Source of the DNA: Chiloscyllium plagiosum
Lineage: Eukaryota
Assembly (NCBI RefSeq): GCF_004010195.1
Contig: NC_057758.1
Span: 3,835,428-3,899,110, forward strand
Reading direction: 5' to 3'
Length of the DNA stretch: 63,683 nt
Below the pieces are notes generated by a model. The model was given only the letters and a program-made list of their open reading frames with translations, had not been told where the DNA came from and did no database searches. The stretch's first letter is position 1, and each line of letters opens with the position of its first letter. Made by a program: the position numbers and the translations under genes. Positions 1 to 10,850 of this stretch are shown piece by piece.

Positions 1-745
1 GGATTGGAATGAACAAATATGGTCAAGTCTGTCCAGGAAACATTCCTGGCACAGTGTGCAGATAGGTCGACTAGAGGAGAGGCAGTATGGGATTTGGTGC
101 TTGGCAAAGAACCAGGTCATGTGTCAGATCGATCGGTTGGGGAGCATTTCAGTGATAAGCATCACAACTCCCCGAACGGGTGCACTCAGAGATGGAATTT
201 GTTTAGAGAGCACTTGCTGCGAGTGCTAAATTGGTTGTCCCACTGAGAGAAGGAAAGGATGGTGGGATGAAGACACCATTGATGACAAGAGATATGGAAT
301 ATGTAGTAAAGAGGAAGATGGAAGCTTGCTTAAGGTTCAGCAAGAAAGGAACAGAAAGCTCTAGAAGGTCAAAAGCTATCGAGGAAGGAACTGAAGAATA
401 GACTCAGGAAATGTTTCATGAAACAAAATAGATGGGTAGGATTAAGGAACGACCTAAGGTGCTCCAAACTTATGTGAGGTACAAAAGGATAGCCGGAGTG
501 GTTGTATGGCCGATCAGGGATAACTAATGGAACTTGTGCCTGGAGTTGGAGGAGTAGGAGAGATTTTTAATGAATTATTTGCTTCAGTGTTCACTACTGA
601 GAGGCACTCGTCGCGTGTAAGGACAGCGAGAAACAGGTTGATATACTTGAAGAGTTTGATGTTATGGTGGATGAGCTTGAAACTTTGAAAAGCATGTTGA
701 CAGATAAGTCCCCGGCCAGAGGGAATATACTCGAACTTGCTACGA
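1..745 (+). mobile_element. CR1 LINE ORF2 fragment (endonuclease C-terminus to tether), degenerate
   Basis: Translates to CR1-type motifs: STRGEAVWDLVLGKEPG, VGEHFSD.HHN, and DKSP near 705; many stops. Confidence 0.85.
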
Positions 746-779
746 AAAGTGCTAGAAGAGATCAAAAGCAGAGGAAAAG

Positions 780-2035
780 CGTCGTGTTTTTTGGTCGGAA
801 TGGGTTTGTCCTGCTTTTATGTCCAGGGCAGAGAGTCCACATTGACAAATGGATGCCTGTATTATAATGCACTGGAACAGCTTGGCGAGGGATGCTGGAC
901 GTTCAGGAGCACAAACCTTCAGTATTATTGCCGTAATTTTGCCCGGGTCCGTAGACTTTGCAGCATCCGGTACCTCCAAACATTTTTGAAATCACGTGGA
1001 ATGAATATGATTGACAGAAGATTTTATTTTGTATAATGATGACGACCATCGGAGGAGCCCTAGATGAATCATCCACTCTGCACTTCTGGATAAAGTTTGC
1101 AGTGCAAGATTCATCCTTACCTTTTGCACTGATGAACTGAACTATTCCATTATTGATGACGGGGATATCGGTAGAGCTTCCTTCTCCAGTAAGAAGTTTA
1201 ATTTCATACCACTGGATATGCAGGGCTGCAGAGATTCAACCTTATCCCTTTGTTGTGGGCTCGTTTGGCTATGTCTATCACTAGTTGCTTATTTTGCTTG
1301 ACGTGCACGTCGTCATATTTGTTGGTTTCATAAGGTTGACACCTCACCTTCAGGTGTGCCCTTTTCTGCTCCTGATATGCACGCCTGAAATCTTCATTGA
1401 TCCAGGGATGCTTACCCAGTCTTAATGGTAATGGTTGACTGGGGGATATGATGGTCCATGAGGTTACAGCTTCTGCTGGAGTACAATTGTTGTACTGTTG
1501 TTGGCCTTCAGCGCTTCGTAGATACCGAGCCTTGTATTGCCAGATCTTTCTTTAGTCTTTCCCACACAGTAAGGTGACAGTGCAAACAGCACAACAGGGG
1601 TTATATTCAAAACGAAGGTAGGGCACCGTCTCCACAAGGACTGTAAGGAGGCTGCTCTTACCGATACTGCCATGGACAGATGCATCTGCACCTGTCAGAT
1701 TGGTAAGGATAAGATAACGTCTTTTCTTCCCATGGTTGGTTCAGTTGCCATCTACCATATGTTCATTTGTACCAGACCCGCTCGATCAGTCGTAATGCTA
1801 CCGTGCCACCCTTGGTGGTGGAAATTGAAGTAGCCACCCAGAGCACAATTTGTGTCTTTATAATCCAAAAAGTTTCCTCTAATTGTTGCACAACAGAAAG
1901 GAGTATCAATTTATCCATTAATTGAAGGTTTCTTTGCCCTTGTATAACTTGAAAATACGAGAATTCACTGAGTACAGATTCAATGCCGAGGACTCCCTAA
2001 ACAACTCTGTCTCGAATATATATCACTGTGCCACC
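780..2035 (-). mobile_element. LINE (CR1-group) ORF2 fragment in opposite orientation
   Basis: Minus ORF 752-979 DAAKSTDPGKITAIILKVCAPERPASLAKLFQ matches the KA.GPD.IP...LK.CA.EL..PL..LF pre-RT motif of non-LTR elements. Confidence 0.75.
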
Positions 2036-2039
2036 GCTG

Positions 2040-3908
2040 GAAAATGGCAAGCTTTCAGAAATGAGATAATGAATGTCCAGAGGAAGTATATTTCTGTTCG
2101 GATGAAAGGGAAAGTTGGTAAGTATAGGGAACGGTGAATGACTAAAGAAATTGATAGCTGAAAATGTGTTGCTGGAACAGCGCAGCAGGTCAGGCAGCAT
2201 CCAGAGAACAGGAGAATCGACGTTTCGGGCTTAAGCAAAAGTCAGATATAGAGAGGATAGTTCGAGCGAATCTTTAGGAGAATATAAAGACAGTCGGAAA
2301 ATACTTAAGAGATAAATCAGGAAAGCAAAATGGGAATATGAGATATCTTTGGCAAATAAAGTTTTGGAGAATCCAACGAATTTTTAAAAATGCATTAAGG
2401 ACAGAAGGGTAACTAGGAAAGAATAGGGTCGAGTAAAAGCTGAGCAAGGCGCCCTTTGTGTTGAGCCGCAGGAGATGGAGGAGGCACTAAACGAGTTTTT
2501 TGCATCAGTTTCTCTTGTGGAAAAGGACATGGACGAAATAGAATGCAGGGAAATAGATAGTGACATCTTTAAAAAATGTCCACTTTGCAGAGGAGGAAGT
2601 GCTGGATGTCTTGAAATGCATAAAAGTCAACATAGCGTTATGTGTGGGAAATCATGTCTCACAAACTTGATTGAGTTTTTTGAAGAAGTAATAAAGAGGA
2701 TTGATGAGGGAAGAGCCGTAGATTTGATATATATGGACTTCAGTAAGGCGTTTGACAAGGTTTTCCATCGATGATTGGTGAGCATGGTTAGATCTCATGG
2801 AATGCAGGGAGAACTCGCCATTTGGATACAAATCTGGCTCTAAGGTATAAGATAGAAGGTGGAGGTGGAGGGTGCTTTTTCAGGCTGGGGCCTGTGACCA
2901 GTGGAAATACACAAGGATTGGTGGTGGGCCCCCTGCTTTTCATAATTTATGCAAATAATGTGGATGTGAGCATAAGAGGTATATTTAATAAGTTTGCAGA
3001 TGACAACAAAATTGGTGGTGTAGTGGACAGGAAAGAAGATTACCTCATATTACAACGGGATCTTGATCAGATGTGCCAATGGGCTGAGAAGTGGCAGATA
3101 GAGTTTAATTTAGACAAATGTGAGGTGCTGCATTTTGGGAAAGCAAATCTTAGCAGGCCTTATTCACTTAATGGTAAGGCCGTGGGGAATGTAGCTGAAC
3201 AAAGGTAACTTGGAGTGCAGGTTCATAGCTCCTTCAAAGTGGAGTCACATGTAGATAGAATAGTGAAGAAGTTGTATGGTCGATAATTGGGCAGAGTATT
3301 GAAGACAGGAGTTGTGACGTCATGTTACAGCTGTACAGAATATTGGTTATCCCATTGTTGGAATATTGCGAGCGATTCTGATCTCTTTTCTGCAGGAAAG
3401 ATGTTGTGAAACTTGAAAGGGTTCAGAATAGAATTGCAAGGATGTTGCCAGCATTGGATGATTTGAAGTATAGGGAAAGATTGAAAAGGCTACCGCTGAT
3501 TTCCCTGGAGCATGGGAGGCTGAGGTGCGACTTAAGAGAGGTATATAAAATCATGAGAGGCATGGATAGAATAAATGAACAAAGTCCTTTCCCTGGGGTC
3601 GGGGATTCCAGAACTAGAGGGCATAGGTTTAGGGTAAGTGTGGAAAGGTATAAAAGAGAGATAAGAGGCAACTTTTTTCACTCAGACAATGGTATATGTA
3701 TGTAATGAGCTGGTCGAGGAAGTGGTGGAGGCTAGTACAATTGCAACATTTAAAAATCATTTGGATGGGTAAATGAATATGAAGGGTTTGGAGGGATTTG
3801 GGCCAGATACTGTGAAGTGAAACTTGATTGGGTTGGGATATCTGGTCGGTATGGACGAGTTAGACCGAAGGGTCTGTTTCATTGCTGTGCATCTCTATAA
3901 CTCTATGA
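2040..3908 (+). mobile_element. CR1 LINE ORF2 3' part with RT and 3' tail, internally deleted
   Basis: SCLTNLIEFFEEV, VDLIYMDFSKAFDKV, GPLLFIIY, KFADD, LERVQ, RTRGHRF; 3' tail ending ctctataactctatgac. Confidence 0.9.
2157..2232 (-). mobile_element. Short fragment of a Penelope-derived shark repeat inserted in the CR1
   Basis: gctgaaaatgtgttgctgg...cgacgtttcgggc is absent from the paralogous site (~15574-15594), where 21 nt of CR1 are present instead. Confidence 0.85.
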
Positions 3909-4667
3909 CATTCAACAACAAAACCGACAGACAAACCAATGGAATACCCATCGGATCTCCGGTATCAGTGTTCTTAGCAGAAGCAGTAATTTAGAAACTC
4001 GAACAAGCAGTTCTGCCGACCACCTAACACAAATTTTGGATCTGGTCCCTTTGTCATCAGGAAACGAAACAATTTACAGGAAACCTTCAAGACCATCAAT
4101 AATATGCTTACTGGCATTAAATTCAGTAAAGAGGAGGAAAGCAAGAACAAACTGCCATTCTTAGACGTTGCAATAGAGCGAACAGCCAATGGTGAACTTC
4201 AAACCAGCATTGACAGGAAAACAACACATTCGTAACAAATACTGAACTACAGAAGTTATCACCCTACACCACAAAACGGCGCTGCATCAGAACATTACTT
4301 CAACGAGCCACGGCACACTGAAGCACAGAGGCACTACGAACAACAGGGTAAAATCAACTTTACACTATATTCATAAAGATTGGGTACCCAATGAACATAG
4401 TCAGCAGAACTCTCAGCAACAAACGCAAAGAAGCAGAACAAAAGGAATCTAGAAATCCTAGCCACTCTCCACCACACGAAAGAAATCTCGGAAATTACCG
4501 CCAGACTGCTCAGAGCTCTTGGAATCAATGCAGCCCCCAACCCCACCAACACACTGAAACAGCAGCTAATGAATTTGGAAGACCCTATAAAGACACCAAG
4601 CAAAAGTAATGTCATTTATAAAATAACTTGCAAGCAATGTAACAAACACCAAATTGGACAAACAGGC
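3909..4667 (+). mobile_element. Penelope-like retroelement fragment (RT + start of GIY-YIG endonuclease)
   Basis: GSP..LAEA RT motif, LPFLDV, and SNVIYKITCKQCNKH.IGQTG (GIY-YIG); truncated by the gap. Confidence 0.85.
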
Positions 4668-5167
4668 NNNNNNNNNNNNNNNNNNNNNNNNNNNNNNNNN
4701 NNNNNNNNNNNNNNNNNNNNNNNNNNNNNNNNNNNNNNNNNNNNNNNNNNNNNNNNNNNNNNNNNNNNNNNNNNNNNNNNNNNNNNNNNNNNNNNNNNNN
4801 NNNNNNNNNNNNNNNNNNNNNNNNNNNNNNNNNNNNNNNNNNNNNNNNNNNNNNNNNNNNNNNNNNNNNNNNNNNNNNNNNNNNNNNNNNNNNNNNNNNN
4901 NNNNNNNNNNNNNNNNNNNNNNNNNNNNNNNNNNNNNNNNNNNNNNNNNNNNNNNNNNNNNNNNNNNNNNNNNNNNNNNNNNNNNNNNNNNNNNNNNNNN
5001 NNNNNNNNNNNNNNNNNNNNNNNNNNNNNNNNNNNNNNNNNNNNNNNNNNNNNNNNNNNNNNNNNNNNNNNNNNNNNNNNNNNNNNNNNNNNNNNNNNNN
5101 NNNNNNNNNNNNNNNNNNNNNNNNNNNNNNNNNNNNNNNNNNNNNNNNNNNNNNNNNNNNNNNNNNN
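4668..5167. other. Assembly gap (500 N)
   Basis: Exactly 500 N. Confidence 1.
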
Positions 5168-5220
5168 ACTTGCAGCCTTAATGTGATCATGTACAATCCT
5201 GTTCAGAACGATGTTGTCAG

Positions 5221-5459
5221 TGGGTTTTGAGCAGGGTGCAGGGTGATGTTTAACGAAAATAGCCTCGTTTTTTTTCCAAATATTTGAGTAAGAACTGGAG
5301 TGGGAAACAAACACATGCTTTCAGATCGAATATCAGGTGATGGGTTTTGAGCAGGGTGCAGGGTGATGTTTAACGAAAATAGCCTCGTTTTTTTCCAAAT
5401 ATTTGAGTAAGAACTGGAGTGGGAAACAAACACATGCTTTCAGATCGAATATCAGGTGA
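5221..5459. repeat. Near-perfect 120-bp tandem duplication
   Basis: 5221-5340 is repeated at 5341-5459, differing only by one T in a homopolymer. Confidence 0.95.
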
Positions 5460-6593
5460 TATTTTCAGAGCAGAAGGAGCAGGGAATCTTGGAGAGACCG
5501 TCTCTCATTTTCCAAATTTTTTGAGGGATCTAAGTGTGAGGTGAGAAGTGAACTTTGAACTTTTTCTAATCTGTGATTAGAAAAAACGAAGAGAAGAGGC
5601 TGGAATTTGTATATTTGAGAACGAACCTGGAAGATAATGGAAACTGTTTACAGATTTTGGGAATGCTCCGAATGATCGAACATCCGGTTTTTCTATGCCA
5701 TGCTTCGTTAGTTAGTTACATGCTGATTTTGCTGATCAATTGAGGATAAATGCTAACCAGCTAATACAGATAATATTGATTAAAATAAAATGAGAAAAGG
5801 GCTTCTGGCTGTTTTTTGCAGGATCGAGGTGATTTTTGGAATGATTGGGACTGGCTGATGTGGTTGAGTCTGTCTAGGTTTCTGTCCAGTTCGACAAAGT
5901 AGCATCCACGAACAAAAGAAAGAAGAAAATATTCGCGAATTATCATGAAAAACTTTGCATTCACCGGAGACTTACAAATTATGGATGCAGCTTTGATTTT
6001 TTCTGAATAATTTATTCTATATTGAAGACTTGGCATTCATCATTTGAACCTGATTAATTGAACTTGCGGTTTACAATTCTTTAGTTTGCTTTGCAAATCT
6101 TCACTGCACGCGAGCTGTCTGTCTGTGCATGTGAGGATATCTCGATGAAGGGATTTTGCAATTAATGGTGATTAATTAATTATTATGAATTAGATTATCA
6201 CGCTCTTTACCATTGCCCTGCAAAAGGTCAGGCATTCATAATAAATTGAAATTTTGGTGTAAGATATAAACTTAGTGCCCAAATTCAATTATTCAACACC
6301 CTGCTTTGAAACAGTTGGGACATCCTGAGCCATCGTTGAACATTTTAAATTCAATGTATCATGTATCGAGGTACAGAGTGTTAAATTTAGCATATTTGCT
6401 ATCCTATTTTAAAAATGTGTGAGACTGTACATTTGAAGAATAGTAACACGGTTATCTATGCAACTACATTTCACGGCTTGACACAGATACTTCCCATGAA
6501 CTTTAACCCCAGTAGTAGAGTGCAGTAAATGACAAATACATTCTTGCAGTGGTGCTTGCTTTCTAGAATCAAATGTTGACTAGAGGCACTCAC

Positions 6594-6774
6594 CTGGGAC
6601 GCCAACAATAGCCAGAATAGGATAGTAAAAATGTTCTATAATCCGAACCGACCAATAGATCCACGATTCCAAATTCATCCATTTACGATTCTCATAAATA
6701 TAATTAATCTCATAGGAAAACATTTTTTCCAATGTTGGAACACTGTGAAGTGATGATCCCAACTTCTGATCCAT
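6594..6774 (-). CDS. Exon 1 of a GPR139/GPR142-like class A GPCR (N-terminus and start of TM1)
   Basis: ATG in good context (ggaATGG) at 6774; open frame MDQKLGSSLHSVPTLEKMFSYEINYIYENRKWMNLESWIYWSVRIIEHFYYPILAIVGVP, then a phase-1 donor G|GTGAGT at 6593. YYPILAIVGVP resembles GPR139 TM1 (VYYSLLLCLGLP). Alternative ATG at 6723. Exon 2 not seen in the window. Confidence 0.8.
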
Positions 6775-6864
6775 TCCCTGTCGTAAGCTGCAGGTTCCTA
6801 TCAACTTAGAATCTGACACAGCGTTCTCCCTGAAACTATGAAAGGGCACATTGGGAGGTCGGTC

Positions 6865-6969
6865 CTTAATAAGACAAACAGCGAATGCACCAGTGACACA
6901 ATCACATCTCGGGAGGCTTCCAATACCTGTTAACTCAGATGGAATTTCCACGTGCTGAATTGTAAACAA
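6865..6969 (-). promoter_or_regulatory. Candidate proximal promoter of the GPCR exon
   Basis: TATTAAG (6865-6871, minus) about 90 nt upstream of the ATG; GGAATTTCC NF-kB-like site (6941-6949) overlapping E-box CACGTG (6949-6954); TGTAAACA forkhead motif (6961-6968). Short motifs only. Confidence 0.3.
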
Positions 6970-6984
6970 TAATAATAACGTCTA

Positions 6985-7830
6985 TAAAATTTTTAAATGA
7001 TCTTGAGGAAGGTACAGGGTATTTGATTAGTAAGTTTCCAGATGAAACTAAAATTAGTGGAACAGTAGATAATGAAGGGGACTGCCAGAGATTGCATTAG
7101 AAAATGGATACATCAGAGGTTCGGGAGGAGTAATGGCAAATGGAATTCACTGGATAAATATGAGATGCTATATTGTGGAATGTCTAGTTCTGGAGTGAGC
7201 TGTACTTTAAAAGAAAACAAAAGACACGTGAGAAATTATTTAACGGAGAGACGGGTGTTCAGGTCCATTTTATTCTGAAGGTGGCGACACAGCTTGATAG
7301 AGTGGCCAAACAGACATACAACATAGTTTCCTTCACTGGACGAGATATTCAGCACAAGCATTACCAGGTCCTGTTACAGTTGAATAGGACATTGGGTCGG
7401 CTACATTTGCAAAACTGCGTACAGTTCTGATCGCTTCATTTCCAAAATGATATGGCTGCTTTGGAGTGGATAGAAAGGAGGTTCGCCAAGATATTGTCTG
7501 GTATATAGGGAGCTAGCTATGAACGACGGGAGAGTATATTAGGATAAGTTTCAGTAAGAAGACAAAGTTTTAGGCGGTACCTGTTCGAGGCATATGCAAT
7601 CATGAGTGATATACAGAGGGTGGATAGCAAGAAGCATTTTCTCAGAGTGGGGGCCTTATTCAGAGATGTCATGATTTCAAGATGATGGGGAACTATGTAA
7701 GGGAAATATATGTGGAAGTTGTTTACCCAGCGAGTGGAGGTGGCAGACGCGGGCACAAAAACTTTAGTTAAGATGTTTCCAGACAAATTCATGAATGGGA
7801 AGTAAGCGGAGATGAAGGCTTTTGATGGAA
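6985..7830 (+). mobile_element. Old CR1 RT/3' fragment
   Basis: Degenerate ND...ISKF.D.TK region, then the CR1 C-terminal region. Confidence 0.75.
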
Positions 7831-8178
7831 GCTCTGTGTGTGTCTCAGAGTGACGTGAGGAATAATTAACATCATAGAATCTCTACACTGTGCAACCAGG
7901 CCCTACAGTCCGTAAAGTCTACATGAAGCCTAATCCATGCAGGCATATTCTCCAAGTCAATTACTCTACATTTACCCCTGACTAATGGACGTAACCTACT
8001 CACATTGCCAGTCATTGGAAAACGAGGACAGACATTTCACTGACTTGAGTTTGAAACAATATTTTCACGGTTGGTGGAGTCCAGTCACCTCGCCCCATAC
8101 CTGACATTTCACCAGAAATTTAAAAGCAAAGAAACCTCTGGCAAGACACGGTCAATTAAATCTTCTAGACTATTTCAG

Positions 8179-8497
8179 ATTTCAACATAACCATGGCTGA
8201 ATCTTCTGTTCCCACTTTCTCATCCAAAACCCGTTTATCTGATTCTCCCAACGAACGATATCGAACCATATTACATAAAAAATGTTCAGTTGGGCAGATG
8301 GAAGAAGCACACACCTGCACACCAGCGGACACTTAACGACGAGAGTGACTAATGCCCCAAACGGTCTTTCCGCTGTTTGCCAATGGGAGATGTACAAATC
8401 TCTGTAGGTAACACGAACAGATGAACGTATTAACTGTAGCGGCTTCCATTAATATCAGAACTCTCTGCAGCATCTCCCACATCGCCACTCTGCTTTT
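8179..8497 (+). pseudogene. CD2/SLAM-like IgV exon remnant
   Basis: Acceptor tatttcag|; DFNITMAESSVPTFSSK [fs] PVYLILPTNDIEPYYIKNVQLGRWKKH ... LFANG (8373-8387) ... VQISV ... TDE; possible donor GTGAGG at 8498; 319 nt. Compare CD2 LDIP...IKWEK...LFKNGTLKI...DD. Confidence 0.5.
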
Positions 8498-8582
8498 GTG
8501 AGGGGGAATAAAAATATGAGAACACAGACCCTCTTTTAATATGCTCACGGATTATGCTGGTTGTATTAACCTTTAAAAACAG

Positions 8583-8719
8583 CGCTGACTTCTCCACTTT
8601 GATATCTATTAAGATGTGGAATCATAACTGAGGTGGACAACTGGAATCAAAGATTAGATGTGTTTGGCAGAAATCTGCATCAGAAACTGAACATAGATAC
8701 TGGCCCTAGTAAAGATTGA
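8583..8719 (+). pseudogene. CD2/SLAM-like C2-domain exon remnant (5' part)
   Basis: Phase-1 acceptor aacag|; xLTSPL*YLLRCGIITEVDNWNQ...QKLNI has the P..P...L.C......W pattern; 3' part replaced by a LINE 3' fragment. Confidence 0.35.
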
Positions 8720-9330
8720 ATGAATGAAGAACAAAATCAAATCTTCATTTGAACAGAGGAGGCTATTCAACCCCTCGAGCCTGCTCAGTTACTTTACAAG
8801 GACATGGCTCATCTGTGGGTTTTCTCTACATGCTTGCTTTGGACCCATAAAATCGATGTCCTTCCAAAACAAGAATAAGTCTGTCACCAATTTAAATGCA
8901 ACAATTGAATGCCATTTGAGAAGGGAGTTTGAACCTAAAATATTATTTGTGTATAGAAGTTCTTTCTATCATCTGTCCTGAATTCCTTAATTGTTAAAAT
9001 GGCCTTAATTCTTAGAATTTGATGTGGACGTCACTGGCTGAAACCAATAGGTTATTCTTGTCCCTAGTTGCCCTTCAGAAGTTGGTGGCGAACCACCTTC
9101 TTGAACAGAAGTAATTCACATGCTGCACGTAAACCGATAATGTTCCTGAAGAGAGAATTCCAAGATTTTGTCACAGCTCATCGTTGACTTCAGTTTCAAT
9201 CTAAGGAAATACTTTCAGTTTATCGATCGTATCTCTCCCTGTTACTACCGATAAGTCTTCCGTTATGTCACCCCTAAACCTTCAAAATTCTGAGATCATT
9301 AATTTATTTATTTATGTGTTTCTCTGTTTA

Positions 9331-9414
9331 CGTTTCGTCACGTCGTCATGCTTTATTCCTGCCTGATATTTATATGTGTCTGTTTTCTGGTACTTTGGAA
9401 TCTGCGTCTGAAAG
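9331..9414 (+). pseudogene. Transmembrane exon of the CD2/SLAM-like gene
   Basis: FRHVVMLYSCLIFICVCFLVLWNLRLK, a hydrophobic stretch with a basic stop-transfer end, then phase-1 donor G|GTTTGT; upstream polypyrimidine tract but no intact AG. Confidence 0.5.
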
Positions 9415-9574
9415 GTTTGTCTACGTGATCTATTTTAATGCGTTGAGTGTTTGAGTTCCGGTTTGAGTACTAGGCTTCATGGAACTCTCTTGCATGTCAC
9501 TCTATTGCCTGTGCTCGGATGGTTAAATTGTCACAGTTGAATTTGTGTCTTTCAGTGTGTATGTACCTGGAAAT

Positions 9575-9760
9575 AAGAGCTTACTGGTCGTGTCGAGCGA
9601 CACGTAAATACCAGACTTGACAGACCATCGACACTCACCCGAGGTGCACTAATGATATCGCCTAGTGAGGTGACAAAACGTCTGCTGGAAAACGCATCAG
9701 CTTGGTGAACGAAATTACAACCTCAACCATTACCGAGATACAAATCTTCAAAAAAAAAAC
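9575..9760 (+). mobile_element. Penelope-like 3' terminal fragment with decayed hammerhead motif
   Basis: cactaatgat-atcgcct-agtg-aggtgac-aaaacgtctg (9647-9684) is a decayed CTGATGA-stem II-GAAACGTC; resembles the Penelope end at 18330-18435. Confidence 0.6.
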
Positions 9761-9811
9761 CTCACCTAAATTATGCAGAATACAGGCTTCGTTTGTTTAA
9801 TCTTTCCTCAG

Positions 9812-9920
9812 AATTTAACCTCCGAAGTCCTGGGATCATTCTTGAGAAACCGCACAACATTGAGGGCGCTAATGACGTGGACCACGAGAACACTCTATAT
9901 AGTGTTGTCAAAACACTTCA
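9812..9920 (+). pseudogene. Cytoplasmic-tail exon with ITSM (TLYSVV) of the CD2/SLAM-like gene
   Basis: Strong acceptor tctttcctcag|, phase 1; EFNLRSPGIILEKPHNIEGANDVDHENTLYSVVK; TxYxxV at 9892-9909. 3' end uncertain because the frame stays open to 10086. Confidence 0.55.
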
Positions 9921-10775
9921 ATTTTATGTGTATTTCTGTCTGGAATATTCTTCCCTGTTGCCTGGCTTGCTGTGTTTTTCCAGCCGTCTGCCTGTCTGTT
10001 TTGGATTATACCATCTTCAGTTTTTTTTTGTCTCACAACCATCCGCAGAGTCAAAGAGTTGCAGATTCCCAACATGCTCTGTCTAAAAAGAAAACTGTAC
10101 AACCGTTCAATCCCCACCCTTCCTTGTAAATCAATGCCACCAGTCATTGAGCCTTGCATCAAAAGTGATCCTTGGATTCTTGTCTATCCTGTCTACTCCC
10201 CTCAACATTTTTATATCTCAGTCAAGCCTCCTCGCAATCTCTTCTGTTGAAAGGAGAAAAAAAAATCAGTCTGTCGGATCGCACTTCATTCCTAAATGTC
10301 TTCAGGATAAGCAGCATGCTGGTGGTAATGTCACAAAGTACACTATTGCCAGCACTATTACATTGGTCCGGTCATATGGATGCCATAAGTGCAACAGTGT
10401 TCTCACAGTGGCGTGAGCAATGTTATTTAGTGTTCCTGCATAACAGTTCTCAGTACTACGACCAACTCAGATAATTAGTCAATCGCAGAAGCACAGCCTG
10501 AGCCTGAGCCTGGAACTGAGCCGAGATCAGTTGTACAGAAGCTCTGTTTTTTTTTTCTATTTGGAGACCTGACTGGGGGAACAGCCTGTCAATGCATGAG
10601 GGATGGATCACATTCCTTATATTACCACGGGATTTGAGCAAAATTTCCAATCTTGGAATTCCAATCGGTCATAATCTCATTAAGTCACGGAACAGTCTCG
10701 ATGGGCTGTGAGTCTATTGTGAAAAGGTGTTGCTGGAAAAGCGCAGCAGGTCAGGCAGCATCCAAGGAGCAGGAG

Positions 10776-10811
10776 AATCGACGTTTCGGGCATGAGCCCT
10801 TCTTCAGGAAT
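10776..10811 (-). ncRNA. Minimal type I hammerhead ribozyme motif
   Basis: attc-CUGAAGA-a-GGGC-ucau-GCCC-GAAA-C-GUC-gauu; intact core, 4-bp stem II, palindromic minimal stem III. Confidence 0.7.
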
Positions 10812-10814
10812 GTG

Positions 10815-10850
10815 ATTCCTGAAGAATGGCTCATGCCCGAAACGTCGATT
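10815..10850 (+). ncRNA. Minimal type I hammerhead ribozyme motif (stem II has one mismatch)
   Basis: CUGAAGA 10819-10825, GAAA 10839-10842, GUC 10844-10846. Confidence 0.6.

Larger units (their letters stand above)
1..4667. repeat. Segmental duplication A, copy 1 (paralogous to 13430-18012)
   Basis: Colinear near-identical sequence, including the same nested CR1/LINE/Penelope junctions; roughly 90-95% identical by eye. Confidence 0.95.

Noticed and set aside
4569..5314. Long ORFs of 175-246 aa spanning N runs (also 39723-40349 and 55615-56396)
   Set aside because: Artefacts of translating gaps.
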